A stretch of 63,335 bases of DNA, counting the filler, from Welwitschia mirabilis (lineage: Eukaryota), in assembly GCA_051453625.1 (NCBI GenBank). It is 7 parts of one record of this genome, joined end to end, with 100 filler letters (N's around TTAATTAATTAA, not from the genome) between each part and the next. Parts side by side here need not be neighbours in the genome. Positions count along the whole stretch, not along the records: positions 6,437 to 25,696 come from JBOZIK010000001.1; 6 more parts are not named here. One strand, given 5' to 3'. The notes below the pieces were generated by a model. That model saw only the letters and a list, made by a program, of their open reading frames with translations, was not told where the DNA came from and did not search any database. Below are positions 11,590-24,400 of the stretch, in pieces (within the stretch, counting starts at the first letter, position 1; every line of letters begins with the position of its first letter). The translations under genes were made by a program, and so were the position numbers.

Positions 11590-13792
11590 ATGGGTCTCAA
11601 AGAGCGACTGGAGATGGCGCAGAAGATGAACGAACTCTCGGACGATCCTCCGCAACAGCTTTCCATTTTTCGTTCTTTCTTTACAGAGAGCAACGACTCT
11701 GCTCCACAGCAACAAAAACAGTCCGAAGAAGACCAAGATTTCGTAGCGCAGACACCGCCTCAGACAGAAAGGCCTCTGCAATTGCCATCCGCTTCCTCGT
11801 CTTTCAGCCAAAATGGTGCCTCTGCATCCAAAAGCAGTCTGGAAACGTCGTATCAGCAGCAGATTAGGCCACTTCTCGACATGGTCGACAGGCTGCGCAA
11901 CCTCGACATCGTCAGTGAAGGAATCGATCTCCCTGCAATTGTCGTTGTGGGTGATCAATCCAGCGGCAAATCCAGCGTTCTGGAGNNNNNNNNNNNNNNN
12001 NNNNNNNNNNNNNNNNNNNNNNNNNNNNNNNNNNNNNNNNNNNNNNNNNNNNNNNNNNNNNNNNNNNNNNNNNNNNNNNNNNNNNNNNNNNNNNNNNNNN
12101 NNNNNNNNNNNNNNNNNNNNNNNNNNNNNNNNNNNNNNNNNNNNNNNNNNNNNNNNNNNNNNNNNNNNNNNNNNNNNNNNNNNNNNNNNNNNNNNNNNNN
12201 NNNNNNNNNNNNNNNNNNNNNNNNNNNNNNNNNNNNNNNNNNNNNNNNNNNNNNNNNNNNNNNNNNNNNNNNNNNNNNNNNNNNNNNNNNNNNNNNNNNN
12301 NNNNNNNNNNNNNNNNNNNNNNNNNNNNNNNNNNNNNNNNNNNNNNNNNNNNNNNNNNNNNNNNNNNNNNNNNNNNNNNNNNNNNNNNNNNNNNNNNNNN
12401 NNNNNNNNNNNNNNNNNNNNNNNNNNNNNNNNNNNNNNNNNNNNNNNNNNNNNNNNNNNNNNNNNNNNNNNNNNNNNNNNNNNNNNNNNNNNNNNNNNNN
12501 NNNNNNNNNNNNNNNNNNNNNNNNNNNNNNNNNNNNNNNNNNNNNNNNNNNNNNNNNNNNNNNNNNNNNNNNNNNNNNNNNNNNNNNNNNNNNNNNNNNN
12601 NNNNNNNNNNNNNNNNNNNNNNNNNNNNNNNNNNNNNNNNNNNNNNNNNNNNNNNNNNNNNNNNNNNNNNNNNNNNNNNNNNNNNNNNNNNNNNNNNNNN
12701 NNNNNNNTCCGGGTGTCCTCAGAAAAATCGACTTGGAACTCACGATGCGGCAGGAGCAACTTAGCAAAATTCCGAAGCATATCTGTAGCCCAGAAGCAGC
12801 CCACGCAATGTATGTTGAACTGTTGAACTCAATTACCAAATGTTTACAAGGAATTCTCGTCCAGGGCGAGATCCAGTCCTTCAAGGACAATGCAGTAATG
12901 CACTGTACTGCCTGACTGCGCGAAATGTACGGCAAATTTATCGATCATCTTTGTAGCGCGAAAATTGGTAGCACAGACTTTCTCTCGCGGGTCTCGTTTC
13001 TAAGGGAAGAATCCAAGGGCGATGGTCTGCCGAACTTTCTTNNNNNNNNNNNNNNNNNNNNNNNNNNNNNNNNNNNNNNNNNNNNNNNNNNNNNNNNNNN
13101 NNNNNNNNNNNNNNNNNNNNNNNNNNNNNNNNNNNNNNNNNNNNNNNNNNNNNNNNNNNNNNNNNNNNNNNNNNNNNNNNNNNNNNNNNNNNNNNNNNNN
13201 NNNNNNNNNNNNNNNNNNNNNNNNNNNNNNNNNNNNNNNNNNNNNNNNNNNNNNNNNNNNNNNNNNNNNNNNNNNNNNNNNNNNNNNNNNNNNNNNNNNN
13301 NNNNNNNNNNNNNNNNNNNNNNNNNNNGGTTTTATGGAGAATCTGTTGTATAGGGAAACTTTTGCATACTTACTCCAGTCTAAGAATTTTTTTTTGGAGA
13401 GTGTTCGCACAGAATCGAAGCCATCAGTTGTGAAAGTTGATGGGCTGGGTGTGGTTGATGCTTCATTTGCACGGTCTCTGCCTACACATCAGCTGGATTC
13501 TGCACATAATATGCTAGTGAATGTTACTGCGTATTGGTGGTTCATTACAGTCTGTCTGGGTGATAATTTGTTGATGATTTTGCAGTTATCTATAAGGAAT
13601 TTAGTTAATTCTAAATTTCATCATTAGTTACTCAAGAAGATTCCTAATTCATCGGAGATGCCAAAGATAATGGCCAAAAGCCCTGTTATTTCTCATAAGT
13701 GGAGTGCACTGACATTGTAGGAAGCAAAGGTGACTATGTCTCATATTTCTATCAACCCTAATGTTGTTGATGATGGTCAACCCCATTGTTGA
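11590..13792 (+). pseudogene. DRP4: Dynamin-related protein 4 (DRP4C-like, plant Mx-like large GTPase), probable pseudogene
   Basis: SYQQQIRPLLDMVDRLRNL..EGIDLPAIVVVGDQSSGKSSVLE (G1 P-loop at 11950-11973); middle domain GE....D..MHCTA and EESKG..LPNFL; GED-like VTAYW...LGDNL...LQLSIRNLVN. In-frame stops TGA 12913-12915, TAG 13625-13627 and TAG 13718-13720, with homology continuing past each. Gaps at 11986-12707 and 13042-13327 hide about 45% of the gene. Confidence 0.9.
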
Positions 13793-14299
13793 TGACGTGC
13801 ATTTCGCATGGTTTTGTTTGAGTGTTCCTTTTAATTATTGGGTTAGTACTTTTCATGTGAGGTTAGCATCACGATTTTAGTGTCTCTACAAAGGTGGAAG
13901 TTTCACTGTAAGTTTTTAATGTTTTTAGGGGTCTTTGCAATTTTTAGGACTCCTTTTTTTTTGTGTGTGAAAATGATATGAGCTCATGTTTATATAAATA
14001 CACATATATATTTAATTAGATGAGAGAATGTTAATATTGTGGTTTACATATGGTATTTTTTATGAAAATGTTTTTTAATGTGAGATGTTAATTCTTTTTA
14101 TGAGTGGTTAATTTATTAATTGTATTTATTTATGACTACTTAAAAAGATGATAAAGAGGAAGTGGTTTACCACACATGGACTACCACCTCATTGCCATTG
14201 AAAAGAATATGATAAAAGCATGGTGTACTTCTCTTGAGCTAGTGATGAAGGAGAATACTTTTTCAAAGAGCTTAATAATTTTCTCTAGGTTTTGTAAAT

Positions 14300-17200
14300 G
14301 ATAAGACATTAGAGAAAACTATAATATTCAAAGTGAAGATTCAACTGAAAATATGAAATATAATAATTCAAGAAAATGGTTGACAAGACAAAAACTTTCA
14401 ATTAAGAAATGAAACTATTTAGTTACAAATGCTATGTAGGTAATCTAGATGAAGAAAAGTTTCATGCTTATTTAAATAATGGTAAGGCTTGTTATAAATA
14501 TAACATTAAATATGAAAAACTAGCATGTGTTAGGAATGTTGTTTCTCATTAATGTAGTTCTCCTAATACCATAAGTAATAAGGAATATAAATACATGGAT
14601 TATGGCTTTCCAATTGAAAATATAAAGTAGCATAGCTTACCATGAAAGAAAATCCATAGAGGTAGAGATGCAATATTGAAAAAAAAAGACAGAATGCTTA
14701 ATATGAAATGCTTGAATGTCATACAATGGTTCAAAATTTTCAAACTTTTGCATAAAGATAGTAAACCAAAATTTATAATAAAGCCCAAGGCAAAAACAAT
14801 CTAAGTCAATAATAACCTTTAGCATCATGACTAAGTTGTCCATCGCAAGATTTAAGATTTTTACATTTATGTTATATACCTTCTTTTAGAAGAACACTTT
14901 AAATAATCAAATCTTTTAAATAATTAGCCACTTCAGTACAAACTAATATCTTTTACCAACTCAGAATATACTAATCAAAACTTGTCCTCAAGGTTTCCAT
15001 GATAATTATTTGTGATAAGTTCAATATTGGACAAGACATTCCACATCTAATTGTGAAGATCAACTTGAATTTATAACATATTAATCAATTCATGTAAACA
15101 CAAGAAAAACCTTTTATGACAATTCAAGGGGATTAGAAAGATGTAGTGTCTTTCATTAGTGATAATTAATCGATAAGCATAAAGCTCCGAAATTCCTATC
15201 AACTTACATTATTTAGCTTAGGTTATTTTTGCAAAGATGACTAAACAAAGTAGACCTGCGCTAGATTGTCTTTTGTCTTAATAATTTATTTATGTTTGGC
15301 ATTATCTCCCATGAAAAATAATTTAGGGTAATATAAAAATGCTTGACCTAAATGTCATATTTCAAACCATTTGGATAGTAAGAAAGCTAATATAAAAATT
15401 GTATCATCTTGTTTCATAGTTTACATGTATGAAGAAGATATATTCTTTAGGATTTGTCTTTTCTTCATTTCTCTTGTTGTGTTTGATTTACTTATTGATT
15501 TAATCAAGTCAAAAAACTTACCGTTTTAGCAACCCTAATTTTACTAAGCATCATTGTAAGGGGGTAAAGGAACATTCCTTAACCAATATACAATAGTTAT
15601 TACATTGTATGATTCATACATGTAATTAAAATATAATTATCATTTTAAATTATATTATTATTATGTCATACATAGGTTAAATTAGAAACCCAAACTAGAA
15701 CTATAATCTCACATATTAGAATAAAATCTTTGGAAAAGAAAATAATGGTATGACTAATGTTAATCATTATTAATATCAACACATTTTCCATTCCTTAGTA
15801 TTCCATGAACATCAAGTATTACTATATTATGCACTAGTTTCTTTGTCCTTTAAGTTTTTTCATAAATGAGATATGAATATTTAACTGCTCATATCTATTT
15901 TACTCAAAAAATTATCATCATTTTTCAGATTGCAAATTTATTGGATGCTTTTTTTCGAGGCATTTTCCTTGGTACTAACCCTATTCATTTTGAATTATAA
16001 AATCCATAATGTTTACATTGTTTAGAAGACTTGAGGCACCTGTCTTGAGATAGTTTATGACTATTTATTGGGATTCTCTGAAAAAGTAGTTTGTATTCAA
16101 TAATATATCCTTCTAATAAAATGCCTTAAATCTCAATGGCATTCATAAGACCTACACTCTTTAGAATGCTATGATAGGATTCCCTTTGTTAAATATTCAA
16201 AAACTCTAAAAACTCTTGTTCATTTTGCGACCTGAAGAAGTTCTTCTTACTTTTAAAAATTTCTTATCCCCTTTTTAAAATCTTTTTCATCTTTCGTTTC
16301 TTAGCCTTTATTGGCTTAACTTTGCTAGTTATTAATATCTATATTCATCTAAATAAAAAGAAGAAAAGATTTCACAAGTGATCAAACATAATTAATAAAC
16401 ATACTAAAAATTATCAAAAAAAAAGAATGCAACTTTAAACTAATGATTTAGTTGCATGATTTTGTAGATAATTTGGTTTTCAAGAATTTAAAAGATCATA
16501 TATTGTTAAATAAATCTTTTAAAACATATTTTTATATAGAATTACAAAAATGTTTATTACCGAAAATTTTGGCCTAAAGCATCATGAGAAGTGGAAATAA
16601 GATTGTTTTTTAATCTAATTTTTACAATTCAATGGTAAATTATTTTAACATTAATGACTTGTACATTAATGATAGATTTAATGTTAAAACAAATAATGGA
16701 TCCACATATGAATTAAAGACTCACATAAAAAAGGTATGATCACTCATAAGGAAAAATGGATAGAAAAGGATTTTTTACATGTGACTATATGATCACATCT
16801 TGATAAGCTTATGAATCACACCAAGTTCCATCATAAAGGTTATTAGTATGCATTCAATTATTAAATAGCTAGGGCATCTTTTTGCATTAAAAATACTAGC
16901 TATGTTGTTACAAGATCTTGTAATGAAACAAGCATAATCAAAAGGTTTAAAAAAACAAAAAGAATAGGAATATGCTAAGTATTTTTCTAAAGTAGGGAAT
17001 TAAGATTAATAATAAGCAAGGAAATTTGTATGTGTAGTATTAAGAGATGATATAATCTTATGTAAGACAAATGCCATGTCATTATAAGCAAGGATCTTTT
17101 AATGAACTTATATGAAGGCTACATGACTAGTAAAATAAAAATATTACAAAGAATGTAAAGTTTCAATGATTTTAGCTAGAGTAATTAATTAAAAGAGTAT

Positions 17201-17320
17201 TTAGTTTCTTAATTTATAGAGGTCATTATAGAAGTCAAAAATAATAAATTGCACTTATGAAATCATGCTAACAAAGGTGCATACTGAGATAGTTACCACG
17301 TTTATGATGTGTGTGATAAA
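14300..17320 (+). mobile_element. Probable Mutator-like (MULE/MuDR) transposase relic
   Basis: Scattered, frameshifted remnants in MuDR order: GFPIENIK*HS (~14605), SWIM-like ICMCS...MPCH (~17025-17080) and a possible C-terminal knuckle (~17250-17300). No TIRs recognised. Confidence 0.35.
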
Positions 17321-18417
17321 ATAAGTTTTATGCATCAATATTTACTAGATTAAATAGAGGAGATTATGATAGGTAATTACACATAGTAATAATTTGATTA
17401 TGTATATTATTACTAGCAATGTGATGAGGTTTTAATTCTTCCAAGTTTACTTTTAACCTTAAATTTTCTCTGCATGATTTCATCCCTTGTCTAATTCTTC
17501 ACAATTTTTTTTTCTAATAGTGGATTGATGCATGAAATAAAAGTGAATAGTAAGAAATAAGATTAAGCCTCCCCCACCTCCAAATGTTCAAAAACAAAAG
17601 TCATGTAGCTAAACAAGTAATCGTTGCATAATGTACTCCATTGTAAGGTCCAAGTTCAAGTTAATTCCTTTTACAATTTCATGATAAAAAAGCTAAAATG
17701 CTACATTTAGATGAAAACTTAAGTTGAGTGATAGGTGTAATGCCAAGTTATTTATATCATAAAAATCATATGAATGGCTTAATTACAACCAAAGCATATA
17801 GTATTCTAAATATGAAATCAAAGGTTTGACCCCTATGAACTTGTAAGTGAAACATGAATCTCCTACCAGTTAAATTAGAATCCTTTTAATAACAACATGT
17901 TATTAGTTTGAAAATGACCAATTAGCTTGGGTATAATATGGAAAATTATCTATCAAACTAGAGAACAGAGGATTTACTACATTTAAAAGTCTATAAGTTC
18001 AAGTATTCAAAATGTTAACATAATTAGTAGCCATGTTAAATCAAGAAAGTAGTTTGAGATGCAAAAATATACTAAGTTATTTTCATCTTGTAGAAAATAG
18101 TAATTTTAGCTTGTTTAAGAAATTAATAATTTAAAAAAAACTAAATCAAGGATCTATTAACTTGAAATAATAGGAACCAGTAAAGCATAAATAAGTATGG
18201 AAAATTCTTGATCTAAAATTTCAAGACCCTTTTTTGCATCTTACTCAAACCTATTTTTAAAAAATAAAAAATCAATAAGAGCATTTAGTAAAATATTCTG
18301 CATTTAGCATCTTATACTCTATTATGTGCTTCCTCTATATTTTGTTATGACTATCCCACTCCAGGTGGTGGGTGAGGTTTTTTAAAATATAATTTTAATT
18401 TTGTTTCTTTTAGTATA

Positions 18418-18707
18418 TGTTGAAGTATGAGCCCAGAGATCAGTTCTAAGACTAAGCAATGATGAGAAAAAATAGATAAAATGAACTTGTTATTCAATCA
18501 AGAAGGCTATGCCTTAAATACATAAATGCATGCTAAAAATAGCTAAGAGAATCAAGGATGAAATCAAGGATAATATCAAGGATAAAATAAAGAAGAAAAT
18601 CAAAAAATTAATATTTTCTAGGATCTTACTCTCTTTAGTCTAAAAATAGACTTTATTAAATTCAACAAATAATTTTAATAAATAACTAAAGAAGTCAATT
18701 TCCTTTA
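18418..18707 (-). repeat. 3' LTR of the Copia element
   Basis: Aligns with 30529-30817 (e.g. TTATTCAATCAA.AAGGCTATGCCTTAAATA, GAGAATCAAGGATGAAAT, TTTAGTCTAAAAATAGA). The + strand begins TGTTGAAG. Confidence 0.8.
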
Positions 18708-18739
18708 ATTCTCCCTTTTAATATGAGGTCATAAATATT

Positions 18740-20200
18740 TAGATTGAAGTGAAGATATTTGAATCTATCTCTTCTAAGAAACTTTGTAAAGATGTTAGCT
18801 ACTTAGTATTTGGAGAAAATGTGGATTAATTTAACTTATTCCTTTTATATAGCATTTTTGAAATGATGATGCTTTATGGCTATGTGTTTTGAACATTCAT
18901 GGTGAATTAGATTTCCTACCATGGCTATTACACTTATACTATCATTGAAAACTCTGATTTTTCATTGGATTTTTTCACCAAGTTGTTTAAGAGTTTGAAC
19001 AATGAAGGTAAGTTATGATACTGCTTCTAACGTAGCTATGTATTTGGCTTTAGCTGTTGAAAGTAAAAGTGTAGATTATTTTTTGGAGGTTGATGTTATT
19101 AAGAAATTTTTATAAAAAAAGCAATATCTTGAGGTTGATTTTCTGTCATTAAGGTCTTTTCCCCCAATTAGCATTAGAAAAACGATATAGCATTTTACAA
19201 TCTAAATGAAAGTAACATAATCCATAATTGATAGTATCATTGATACGTCAGAGCACTTGTTTAGCTACTTTCCAATGTGACTCTTTTGATGCTTTTATAA
19301 AACAGGATTGATAGTTGATAACAAATTGAATATTAGGATGAGTACAAGCTAGATACATAAGTAAGCCTACTAATGACCTATGTTGTGACAACTCAACCAA
19401 AATGGTAGAATCTATTTTGTATAGTTTGGTATTATTGCTGAGAGGTATTCAACAAGAATTATAATCATTTATTTGGAATTTTTATAAAACTTTTCTGGCA
19501 TGATTACATTAAAAGATTGTAATGTCCTTAGAAGATTAATTAATTTCAAGTCTAATCAAGTAAGATAGTTTGCCTAAAGTGGACACTTCAAATTCACTTA
19601 GCATGACTTATATGAATCAATCTTTGCAAAATTTGAAAAATAAAATAGATCATCAACATATATACCTATAATTATGAAAATTATTCCTAGGTGCATGAAT
19701 TTATAAACTGTAGGTTAATCAAAAAAATGTTGAAATCCTTCAAGCTTAAGAAAGATATGGATCTGCTTATACCAAGCTTTTGAAGATTGTTTTAGCCCAT
19801 ACAATGCTTTGAAAAGTCTATAAATCTTGTCTTCTTCTTCTTTCTTGAATCCTTTAGATTGTTTAATATAGACTTTTTCAACTAAATATCCATTTAAAAA
19901 AGTAGAGGATATATCCATCTTAAAGACTTTAAGTCCATGATGAGCAATAAATTCAAGTAGAATTTTTATTATCTCACTATAAGAGATTGGTCTAAAAATC
20001 TCAATAAAGTTAATACCTTGTTGTTGCAAATAATCTTTTGTAATAAGGTGTGCTTTAAATATCACAATGTTACCTTTATGATTTCACTTAATCTTATAGA
20101 TCCATTTGAGTTCTATCACTGTGTGATTATTTTATTAAGGCATAAGACTTCAAATATTTAAAATTTGATTTATTTGTATTTGCATGACAGCTATCTAATA
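18740..20200 (-). pseudogene. Copia reverse transcriptase-RNase H, degraded
   Basis: ORF 19715-20065 reads FKAHL...QQQGINF.EIF.P...MDISSTFLNGYL.E.VYI.Q..GF...L.KALYGLKQ...AWY. YVDD at ~19649-19660. RNase H motifs KHIAIKHHHF and VANIFTK at ~18890-18785. Confidence 0.92.
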
Positions 20201-21439
20201 AGGACTATCCTACACAATAGCAAAAGATGATGGCACATTATAAACATTTTCCCCTAGCATTACAACAAGGCAAAGTTCCTTAGTAAAAAGAACATTAACA
20301 TCACTTAAGAAAGAAGAGCCATTGCAAGCCTACTGGTGAGTAACGAGTTAAGAATAACCATCATTCAAAATTTACAAAGAAAGATGATAATTCTTTAGTT
20401 GCTTGTAAGCAATATGAGATCACATAAGAACTTGTTCAGTGACAAAAATAAGAAGATAAGAGTGGTAAATATCTATATCAACAGAAATAAGTAGGGGCAT
20501 GGGTGCTGAAATAGATGAGGCATTAGACTAAAAAAAAGGGATAAGGTCCATTTAAATGGAAAGGGCGAGGCATAAAAGAGTAAGAAAATACAGAAATGAA
20601 AGTAAAAATAAAATCTATAAAATACATGGAAGGAGTAAAGATGGATGTGATAATTGAACATAAAGGAAAAGGAAAAAAGGATGTAGTCAGAATGGACGTA
20701 TCAAATGATTGGGTGCCATGATGTACTACAAATGGAAAGGGAATAGAGAAAGTAAATGTGCATTGGATTGTTGAGGAAAATAAACTTAAAAAAAGGGATT
20801 TGAGGCAATAATAATTGTACTTTTATAATTGCAAATACTAAAGAATGCTTGTGATGCAGTGTAGAAAATGTTAAAAATGAAGTAATACATGGATCACAAA
20901 AGAAGCTTACTATTTAGTATTCATTGGAGAGTATTCTAGAGGTAAATGACTCTAAAAAACTAGTAGAATCTTTAACCATTAGAGAAACCATATTAATAAG
21001 AGCACTAGAAGTAATGAGATCATTAGAAGTTTTGGAACGTCCATCGTGGAGGAGGGACATAAGTAATTAAGCATTTAAAGATGTGAAAATTAAAGTATGG
21101 AAATTAGTGGAAAAATAATCTACATGCAATAATATTACAGGTGCAAATTTTAAGTATGTAGTACTAAAGAATCTTAAAGGTGGTGGTTTGGTTGGAAGAA
21201 AGAGGTAAGGAAGGAAAGTGGAATGGCTCATAATTGAGCAAAACATGTGTTGTAATATTAAATTTTGGTCAATGGTTAACATTAAGTAGAAATAAAGTTG
21301 AATCTATTAGATTATATTTGCCAATTGATGTCAAACTAATTTCTCTTGTGTAGTGCAAATTGTTACATATTATATGTAGANNNNNNNNNNNNNNNNNNNN
21401 NNNNNNNNNNNNNNNNNNNNNNNNNNNNNNNNNNNNNNN

Positions 21440-24400
21440 TTATATTTACCTCCAGTGGGAGTCGATCAAATTCTAAAGGGGTCAACCGCACCTAAAGCAG
21501 TCATAAAGAAATGAATTTAACCCAGAAAGGTCAACCAGATTTTGAAGGGTACGATTGACCTATGATCTTAAGAACTAGTATTCCTGAACCAAATGGAATG
21601 GGGTCGACTGGATATTCATGGGATTAACCAGATTTGAGGAACTAACAGGCAATAGTCTCAGACCGAGAGGAAAGGGGTCGACTAGATTTTCATGGGGTCA
21701 ACCAAACCTAAGAAGCTGACAGTCCATAGTTCCAGACTGAGAGGTAAGGGATTGAAAGGATCTAGGATGGCGTTGACCGACTTCTCATGGGATCAACTGA
21801 ATTTTTGTGGGGTCGACTAGATAGTGTGGAAAATTAAAAGTTGTAAATGTTATGTATCCATTACCTAGCAATTACCTAACCATTTTCTAGCCATTTATAA
21901 CCATTGGAGGTGTAATTAATTAGTAATAAACCCCAGTAACTCTGCATTATAAATAGCTAGGCAATGATTGACCTACAGATCTTTTGGCACTGTTCTANNN
22001 NNNNNNNNNNNNNNNNNNNNNNNNNNNNNNNNNNNNNNNNNNNNNNNNNNNNNNNNNNNNNNNNNNNNNNNNNNNNNNNNNNNNNNNNNNNNNNNNNGAC
22101 TGAGGGGCAAGGGATTGACAGGATCTAGGATGGCATTGATTAACTTCTCATGGGATCAACTGAATTTTTGTGGAGTCGACCAGACAGTGTGGAAAAGAAA
22201 AAGTTGTAAATGTTATGTATCCATTACCTAGCCGTTACCTAATCATTTTCTAGCCATTTATAACCATTGGAGGTGTAATTCATTTGTAATAAACCCCAGT
22301 AATCCTGCATTATAAATAGGTAGGCAATGGTTGACCTATAGATCTTTTGGCACTATTCTAAATTGGCATATTTATTATGGATCTAAAAGATCAAGTTGTA
22401 TTTCCATTTGTATATTCTTGATTTGTTTCATATTTGATTGAGAAGATCTACCCTTGGCAAAAATAACTACACTTAGAATTAGATCTAAGAGCCTTGTCAT
22501 TGTGATCTATTTGGAGAAGAGCTTTATTCATTATACTGATACTGAACATGTGATATCTGAGCTACCAAGGCTGCATTTCATTACATCTATTGATTTTAAA
22601 GATTGATACTTAGCCTATAAAAGTCCATTTTTAAAGGTTGAGACTTAGCCTACAAAGGTCTATTGTTATAGGTTGAGACTTAGCCTATAAAAGTTTACTT
22701 ATAAGTATTACAGATAAACCTAGTAAAACNNNNNNNNNNNNNNNNNNNNNNNNNNNNNNNNNNNNNNNNNNNNNNNNNNNNNNNNNNNNNNNNNNNNNNN
22801 NNNNNNNNNNNNNNNNNNNNNNNNNNNNNGTCATTGTGATCTATTTGGAGAAGAGCTTCATTCATTGTACTGATACTGAACATGTGATATCTGAGCTACC
22901 AAGGCTGAATTGCATTATATCTATTGATTTTAAAGATTGAGACTTAGCCTACAAAAGTCCATTTTTAAAGGTTGAGACTTAGCCTACAAAAGTTTATTGT
23001 TAGAGGTTGAGACTTAGCCTGTAAAAGTTTACTTATAAGCATTACAGGTAAACTCGGTAAAGGAGAAGCTGATTATTGAGAGTGGAGTAGGGGAGTTTCT
23101 AAACCACTATAAATCCTGCATGTATCCAAAATTGATAGTTTATAATTTTATATTTTCTGATTCTTTACATTCAGTTTTTCATTTCTTATATACACATTCT
23201 TGATTTCGTTATTGTTACATGCAAATGGTAATTATATAAATTTAATTTGTTTTTGAGCTTAAGTTTTATTTTTGAAAGAACCTATTCACTGCTCCCCTCT
23301 AGAGTTACTTGATCATATTATTTGATATCAGAGCTTAGATTAGTATTTAAGAGATTTTTNNNNNNNNNNNNNNNNNNNNNNNNNNNNNNNNNNNNNNNNN
23401 NNNNNNNNNNNNNNNNNNNNNNNNNNNNNNNNNNNNNNNNNNNNNNNNNNNNNNNNNNNNNNNNNNNNNNNNNNNNNNNNNNNNNNNNNNNNNNNNNNNN
23501 NNNNNNNNNNNNNNNNNNNNNNNNNNNNNNNNNNNNNNNNNNNNNNNNNNNNNNNNNNNNNNNNNNNNNNNNNNNNNNNNNNNNNNNNNNNNNNNNNNNN
23601 NNNNNNNNNNNNNNNNNNNNNNNNNNNNNNNNNNNNNNNNNNNNNNNNNNNNNNNNNNNNNNNNNNNNNNNNNNNNNNNNNNNNNNNNNNNNNNNNNNNN
23701 NNNNNNNNNNNNNNNNNNNNNNNNNNNNNNNNNNNNNNNNNNNNNNNNNNNNNNNNNNNNNNNNNNNNNNNNNNNNNNNNNNNNNNNNNNNNNNNNNNNN
23801 NNNNNNNNNNNNNNNNNNNNNNNNNNNNNNNNNNNNNNNNNNNNNNNNNNNNNNNNNNNNNNNNNNNNNNNNNNTAATAAAAGTATTGAGATCCCTACCT
23901 AAGAGATTTAAACGAAAGGTAACAGCCATTGAAGAAAGCAAAAACATCAGTGCAATGGCTTTGGAAGAACTTTAAGGTAATCTTCAAACCTATGAACTTA
24001 AATTTACTAAATATAGAAGAAAACGTATTACTTTGAAATGTGTGCAAGATGATTACAGATCTAATAGGTCAGGTAAAGAACTTAATAACGATGAAGTGGC
24101 TCTTCTAGCTAGGCATTTTAAAAGATTTCTCTACAGGAAAAAGAAAGGAGAATCGAGCAAGATTCCAAGGAGAAGCAATCCAAAACAAAGAAAAAAACAA
24201 GATAAGGAAAAGAAAATCTAGTGCTATTCATGCAAAGAATTTGGACACTAAAAACACCTCAGTCATGGCAACTTGAGATAATGAAAATGATGAAGATAAA
24301 GAAAAATACTCAGATCATGGATTAGATAGAGAAAGGAGACTATCTTTCATGGCTCTAGTATTATCACTTAAGAATGTACCTATTACTTCAATGCCAGATG

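Noticed and set aside
11127..11867. 246-aa ORF overlapping the DRP4 5' end (and the 11506 GTG start)
   Set aside because: No recognisable domain. It is an alternative-frame read-through of the GC-richer promoter/UTR/CDS. ATG 11590 is the more plausible start.
12913..12915. TGA in DRP4 as a recoded or read-through codon
   Set aside because: Two more in-frame TAG stops and an apparent short deletion near 13710 point to ordinary pseudogenisation.
11590..13792. Horizontal transfer of the DRP4 gene suggested by GC contrast
   Set aside because: Plant genes are normally GC-richer than decayed methylated TE DNA, and the motifs are plant DRP4-type. Only a phylogeny could support transfer.
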